Under the pieces are notes generated by a model. That model was given only the letters and a program-made list of their open reading frames with translations, did no database searches and had not been told where the DNA came from. DNA of 17,600 nucleotides from Candidatus Auribacterota bacterium (GTDB lineage: Bacteria; Auribacterota; UBA6266): the NCBI GenBank assembly GCA_023136205.1, contig JAGLRQ010000030.1, forward strand, positions 1-17,600, written 5' to 3'. The position numbers and the translations under genes were made by a program. This document shows positions 14,569 through 17,600 of this stretch, in pieces. Each line of letters starts with the position of its first letter. Position 1 is the stretch's first letter.

Positions 14569-15075
14569 TTACTGGCCTCTTCCCCAATTTGTAATGTTAT
14601 CCGCGGTAGTGCTTCCATCCCTGTCAGGCCCGACAGAATAAATATCATAGGTGGCAGTGTTGTGAGCAGGATTTAACGCGTTAAAGCTATAAGGCACCCC
14701 CCACGGATCTATGATACGGCCTGAAGTATCTCTGTCAATCGCGTAAACATCCACATAGGGCCCACGCCACATAAGCTCGCCGTCCCTGACGTTATATACT
14801 ACACCATAAGTCACGGTTAACAAAGAGCCATTTAGATTTACACCTGTAAGCCAGGTAATTACCCGATCCATATCATTTGTAACCGGCTCATAGCCCATGT
14901 CAGTTTTGTACATTTCAACCGCAAGCTCAATCTTTTTAATGTCCGCCCTTGCTTTATGTATAAGCCCCCTTTTTTCGGCTCGATAAGCAATCGGAATTAT
15001 TATGCCTGCCAATATAACAATAATCCCAATTACAGCAAGCAGTTCTATTAAACTAAAACCCCTAAATTCTCTCAC
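14569..15075 (-). CDS. gspG: GspG-like major pseudopilin, paralogue 1
   Basis: The ORF-track start at 15114 is TTG. The GTG at 15075..15073 is preceded by AAGGTGGAGG with a 5-nt spacer, a strong Shine-Dalgarno sequence. It gives (M)REFRG|FSLIELLAVIGIIVILAGIIIP. GspG signatures are IDPWGVPYSF, YDIYSVGPD and ADNITNWG. Confidence 0.8.
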   Translation of the reverse strand: MREFRGFSLIELLAVIGIIVILAGIIIPIAYRAEKRGLIHKARADIKKIELAVEMYKTDMGYEPVTNDMDRVITWLTGVNLNGSLLTVTYGVVYNVRDGELMWRGPYVDVYAIDRDTSGRIIDPWGVPYSFNALNPAHNTATYDIYSVGPDRDGSTTADNITNWGRGQ

Positions 15076-15200
15076 GCCTACCTCCACCTTAAATATAAGC
15101 AAAAACCATACCAATGGTTAATTGACCTGAAAACCATTTCATCATAGACAACACGCGTTACCTTTCTGAAACATTGTTAACTAATTGTAACATAATCTTA

Positions 15201-16298
15201 CTAAAACATAAACCTTCTTGAATAAATTGATTGCAATAAACCGATGGATACCAGCATAGCGAGCAATGAAGACCCCCCATAACTCAAAAAAGGCATCGGT
15301 AATCCGGTTATAGGCATAATGCCTACAGCCATCCCGGCGTTGATAAACACGTGGATAAGAAACAGAGCGGCTAATCCTGAGGCTATAAGCCGCCCTACTT
15401 CGTCTCTTGACTCAGCCGCTATTCTGCAGGCGGAATAAATAACCAATAAAAAGAGGCTTATAACAAGAACCGCTCCAATAAATCCCCACTCCTCGCCTAT
15501 CACTGAATATATAAAATCGGTATGCCTCTCAGGCAAAAAATTAAGCTGTGTCTGCGTTCCTTTAAGCCACCCTTTTCCGATTATACCTCCGGAACCGACA
15601 GCAATCTTTGACTGAATTGCCTGGTAGCCCACACCCATGGGGTCAAACTCAGGGTTCAAAAATACCTTAATTCTATCCTGCTGATAGGGCTTTAGGAAAA
15701 AATACCCGGGGATTACACACGCGGCACCGGTAAGAACAGTATAGAAAATATGAGCGGGATTTGCCCCTGCCACATACGCCATTGTAAAAGCCAAAGGGAC
15801 CAGAACAAGCGCGGTTCCAAGGTCAGGCTGTTTCATTATAAGAAGGATCGCGGGCCCAATAAAAAGGAAAGGAACAATGATATAATTGAAATACCCCTTT
15901 TTATAATGAGGAAGCCCTGAATAGTATTTAGCAAGAAAAAGGACCATGCTTATCTTAAAAAACTCGGACGGCTGAATCTTTAAAAAGCCAAGTTTTAGCC
16001 AGCGCTGGGCTCCCGATGTTTTTGATCCGAAAATAAAAACACAAATGAGGAGTAAAATATTTATTCCAAAGATAAAATAGGCGCCGGTAACAAAATGCCT
16101 GTAATCAATACTCCAGACAACCAGACAAAGAAATATGCCTATGGAAGCCCATATAATCTGCCGGCTCCAGAATCCGGGATCAGGTTTCTCAGGATGGTAT
16201 GACGCACTGTAAATAAACACTACCCCAATAACAACAAGCAGTAAGACAACCAGAAGAGTTAATGTTTCCCCATGTTTAAATACACGGAAATTATTCAT
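15201..16298 (-). CDS. rodA: SEDS-family peptidoglycan glycosyltransferase (RodA-like; FtsW not excluded)
   Basis: 365 aa with about 10 TM segments by eye. It carries the SEDS signatures IYSASY, GAQRWL, KQPDLGTAL, and GSGGIIGKGWLKGTQTQLNFLPERHTDFIYSVIGEEWGFIGA. The C-terminal LPMPFLSYGGSS is also typical. No mrdA or dcw-cluster neighbours are in the window to separate RodA from FtsW. Confidence 0.85.
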   Translation of the reverse strand: MNNFRVFKHGETLTLLVVLLLVVIGVVFIYSASYHPEKPDPGFWSRQIIWASIGIFLCLVVWSIDYRHFVTGAYFIFGINILLLICVFIFGSKTSGAQRWLKLGFLKIQPSEFFKISMVLFLAKYYSGLPHYKKGYFNYIIVPFLFIGPAILLIMKQPDLGTALVLVPLAFTMAYVAGANPAHIFYTVLTGAACVIPGYFFLKPYQQDRIKVFLNPEFDPMGVGYQAIQSKIAVGSGGIIGKGWLKGTQTQLNFLPERHTDFIYSVIGEEWGFIGAVLVISLFLLVIYSACRIAAESRDEVGRLIASGLAALFLIHVFINAGMAVGIMPITGLPMPFLSYGGSSLLAMLVSIGLLQSIYSRRFMF

Positions 16299-16336
16299 AA
16301 AAAGACCCCAACAAAAAATAGAATAGAAATGATTTT

Positions 16337-16366
16337 ATTATGTTAACAGATTTTCACAGAAATCAA
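16337..16366 (-). promoter_or_regulatory. candidate promoter for rodA (TTGATT-N18-CATAAT)
   Basis: The minus strand reads TTGATT (16366..16361), an 18-nt spacer, then CATAAT (16342..16337), about 40 nt upstream of the rodA ATG. This is a pattern match only. Confidence 0.3.
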
Positions 16367-16407
16367 AAACCAAATATGAAAAGAAAAATTTAACTACCGA
16401 GATATTG

Positions 16408-16436
16408 AGGAAAAGATGCTGAAACAAGTTCAGCAT
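16408..16436 (-). terminator. candidate intrinsic terminator (minus strand)
   Basis: The minus-strand RNA reads AUGCUGAA-CUUGU-UUCAGCAU, an 8-bp stem (16436..16429 pairing with 16423..16416), followed directly by CUUUUCCUC. The stem is AU-rich and the U-tract is short, so it would be moderate strength at best. Confidence 0.4.
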
Positions 16437-16464
16437 GACAGTAAGAAGAATGGAATCTGAAGCT

Positions 16465-16580
16465 CCACGGACTTACGTCCGTGGGTTCTCTCATCTGCTT
16501 TCACTAAAGCGAAAGTCCGCCGTAGCGGAATTCGCTATTCACCTCCGCACTTACGTACGGGGATTTTCGCGAAGGCGGAT
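16465..16580 (-). ncRNA. candidate structured RNA element (unclassified) between the HD-GYP gene and rodA
   Basis: There are four hairpins, and their loops become stable tetraloops only on the minus strand:
- CCACGGAC-GUAA-GUCCGUGG (16484..16465, 8 bp, GNRA loop);
- GCUUU-AGUG-AAAGC (16510..16497);
- UCCGC-UACG-GCGGA (16529..16516, UNCG loop);
- CCGUAC-GUAA-GUGCGG (16560..16545, GNRA loop).

In the last hairpin one pair is G.U on the minus strand but a C.A mismatch on the plus strand. A longer alternative helix (16579..16574 with 16521..16516, stacked on 16573..16569 with 16535..16531) competes with the UACG hairpin. Confidence 0.35.
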
Positions 16581-16583
16581 TAA

Positions 16584-16614
16584 AACTGGTGACCGGTGAC
16601 CTGGCAACTGGTGT
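16584..16614. repeat. four tandem imperfect 7-8-bp repeats just after the HD-GYP stop codon
   Basis: The plus strand reads aactggtg-accggtg-acctggca-actggtg(tc). The minus strand reads CACCAGT / TGCCAGGT / CACCGGT / CACCAGT. The 8-mer aactggtg occurs twice, 22 nt apart. Confidence 0.6.
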
Positions 16615-16629
16615 CTTTTTCTATTTTTA

Positions 16630-17451
16630 TTACGATGCTTTACAATTAATAAGAAACGCGTTAACAACGGCGGAATCAAAAAGAATTCCCCTGAACTTTT
16701 TTAACTCTGCTATTGCCATATCCAATCCGAGAGCTTTTCTGTAAGGGCGTTCAGTAGTCATAGCGTCAACGGTATCGGCAACGTGTATAATCCTCGCGCC
16801 AATAGGGATATTTTCAGCTCTAAGCCCCTCAGGAAAACCCGACCCGTTATACTGTTCATGATGATAGAGAATGCAATCAAGGGCATTTTCCAGAAATGAA
16901 AGGCCTTTAAGCATTTTGTATCCTTTAATAGGATGCTGTTTAATAAGATCGTATTCTTCCTCCGTTAATTTGCCCGGCTTTAACAGAACACCGTCCCTGA
17001 TACCAATCTTTCCGATATCGTGCAGTAACCCTGCCTGACGAATAATCTCCACTTCTTTATGGGATAAATTCATAGTTTTTGCTATCTGAACGGAAGACTC
17101 TGTTACTCTGCTGGAATGGCCGCTTGTATAATGGTCTCTCGCGTCGAGAGCTTCGGCAAGAACTCCAAGGGTATTCAATGAACTTCTTTCGATTTGCTGG
17201 TGGGCTAACTGGAGTTCCTTGGCATAAATCAAACTCTGCTGTCTAACTCTTCCCATCATTGAACTGGCTTGCTTCAACTGCTGATCACCAATTTTCATGG
17301 CTTTAAGAGCATCATTCAGTTCCCTGGCATATATTTTAGACTGGTCATAGCTTCTCACTATTTCCGCTTTGAGACTGTTATAACCGTCAATCAGCTTTGT
17401 ATGGACTTCCCTGGGAAGAGTATATTTAACATTATCCTGTTTTTTGGCCAT
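16630..17451 (-). CDS. HD-GYP domain c-di-GMP phosphodiesterase with an N-terminal coiled-coil-like region
   Basis: The ORF-track start at 17469 is TTG. The ATG at 17451..17449 is preceded by TGGGGA with a 5-nt spacer. HD-GYP motifs: YTSGHSSRV; LLHDIGKIGI (the HD motif); HHEQYNGSGFPEGL (a GYP-type motif with Phe in place of Tyr); and HVADTVDAMTTERPYRKA. I recognise no receiver or sensor domain. Confidence 0.85.
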   Translation of the reverse strand: MAKKQDNVKYTLPREVHTKLIDGYNSLKAEIVRSYDQSKIYARELNDALKAMKIGDQQLKQASSMMGRVRQQSLIYAKELQLAHQQIERSSLNTLGVLAEALDARDHYTSGHSSRVTESSVQIAKTMNLSHKEVEIIRQAGLLHDIGKIGIRDGVLLKPGKLTEEEYDLIKQHPIKGYKMLKGLSFLENALDCILYHHEQYNGSGFPEGLRAENIPIGARIIHVADTVDAMTTERPYRKALGLDMAIAELKKFRGILFDSAVVNAFLINCKAS

Positions 17452-17473
17452 AATATCCCCAAACCCCAACTAC

Positions 17474-17482
17474 ATATTAACA
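17474..17482 (-). promoter_or_regulatory. candidate extended -10 promoter element for the HD-GYP gene (TGtTAATAT)
   Basis: The minus strand reads TGT-TAATAT (17482..17474), 22 nt upstream of the ATG at 17451. I see no convincing -35 box. The position supports the ATG start rather than the TTG start. Confidence 0.3.
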
Positions 17483-17554
17483 CAACTATTTTTATTGCCT
17501 GCCTCTGCCTACCCCGAGGAATCCATAAAACCCCCGGCCCCTGGAGATTCATAG

Positions 17555-17600
17555 AATTTCAGGGGTTAAGTCCCTGAAATTGGTTCCCAATTTCCAGGGA
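17555..17600. repeat. alternating inverted copies of a 10-11-bp unit (AATTTCAGGG / CCCTGAAATT) at the right window edge
   Basis: aatttcaggg (17555..17564) and ccctgaaatt (17572..17581) form a perfect 10-bp inverted repeat with a 7-nt spacer. tccctgaaattgg (17571..17583) pairs again with ccaatttccaggga (17587..17600), apart from one extra c. A degenerate copy, ctggagattc, lies at 17541..17550. The array is truncated by the window end. Confidence 0.6.

Noticed and set aside
8233-15075. Calling the locus a complete type II secretion system.
   Set aside because: Only pseudopilin genes (G, H, I, J, K-like) are present. The ATPase GspE, platform GspF, secretin GspD, GspC/L/M and the prepilin peptidase are all absent from the window. 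The evidence supports only a pseudopilus/pilin module.
14569-15114. N-terminal extensions given by the ORF track for several genes, with starts at 15114, 12969, 3322 and 17469, plus the ATG at 14648.
   Set aside because: I checked the codons by hand.
- 15114, 12969, 3322 and 17469 are all TTG.
- The extensions at 12969, 14648 and 3322 lie inside or overlap the preceding gene; the one at 15114 merely adds 13 non-leader-like residues ahead of the class III signal, and the one at 17469 starts only about 5 nt from the -10 element.
- Downstream ATG or GTG codons with purine-rich Shine-Dalgarno sequences give canonical short prepilin leaders or a clean signal peptide.
- I therefore moved the starts to 15075, 12948, 3319, 17451 and 14567.
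15104-15119. The hairpin aaccat-acca-atggtt followed by TTTTGC (minus strand) as a rodA terminator.
   Set aside because: The stem is only 6 bp and AU-rich, with a short U-run, which is too weak to call. It is mentioned only as context for possible read-through into the pseudopilin genes.
16440-16580. A possible tRNA or tmRNA-like gene in the GC-rich hairpin region.
   Set aside because: There is no GTTCRANNC T-loop, no acceptor-stem/D-arm arrangement, and the hairpin spacing does not fit a cloverleaf on either strand.
16408-16600. The hairpin-rich spacer as a known riboswitch: c-di-GMP-I (GEMM), c-di-GMP-II or c-di-AMP (ydaO).
   Set aside because: From memory of those consensus sequences I could not find their conserved cores, such as the GEMM-I ACGCACAGGGCAAAC-type segment or the ydaO GGGGACCCA and CAGCUAACC blocks. 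Only a trivial GGUGAAU resemblance turned up. I keep it as an unclassified candidate, and an Infernal/Rfam scan is needed.
16416-17600. The repeated palindromic units (ACGTAAGT-core hairpins, CCCTGAAATT units) as a CRISPR array.
   Set aside because: The units are 10-20 bp, alternate in orientation, are irregularly spaced with no unique spacers of constant length, and no cas genes are present.

Overview
Every credible gene in this 17.6-kb window is on the minus strand. In transcription order (right to left) the window holds:
- an HD-GYP c-di-GMP phosphodiesterase;
- a ~330-bp spacer packed with hairpins that are best paired as minus-strand RNA;
- a SEDS glycosyltransferase (RodA-like);
- a tightly packed seven-gene pseudopilin operon: three GspG paralogues, GspH-, GspI- and GspJ-like genes, and a giant 1140-aa GspK-like protein;
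- two short H-X9-DG/DUF1559-type pilin-like proteins;
- a three-gene cassette behind its own consensus-like promoter: a signal-peptide Ig/FN3 array ending in a LolA-like domain, a small repeat-containing polytopic membrane protein, and a 749-aa secreted alpha/beta-hydrolase (lipase-like);
- a Y1 (IS200/RAYT-like) transposase bracketed by a perfect 24-bp inverted repeat;
- the 5' end of dprA.

I saw no rRNA, tRNA or CRISPR array. The window contains no secretion ATPase, platform protein, secretin, GspC/L/M or prepilin peptidase.

The main candidate for something new is the orphan pseudopilus operon with its oversized tip pseudopilin, genetically linked to H-X9-DG pilins and an adhesin/membrane-protein/lipase cassette. 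The unclassified structured-RNA-like spacer upstream is a second candidate.

The H-X9-DG proteins suggest a PVC-group or Omnitrophota-like uncultivated bacterium; this is inference. All domain calls come from motif recognition by eye and hand translation. No searches or folding programs were run.
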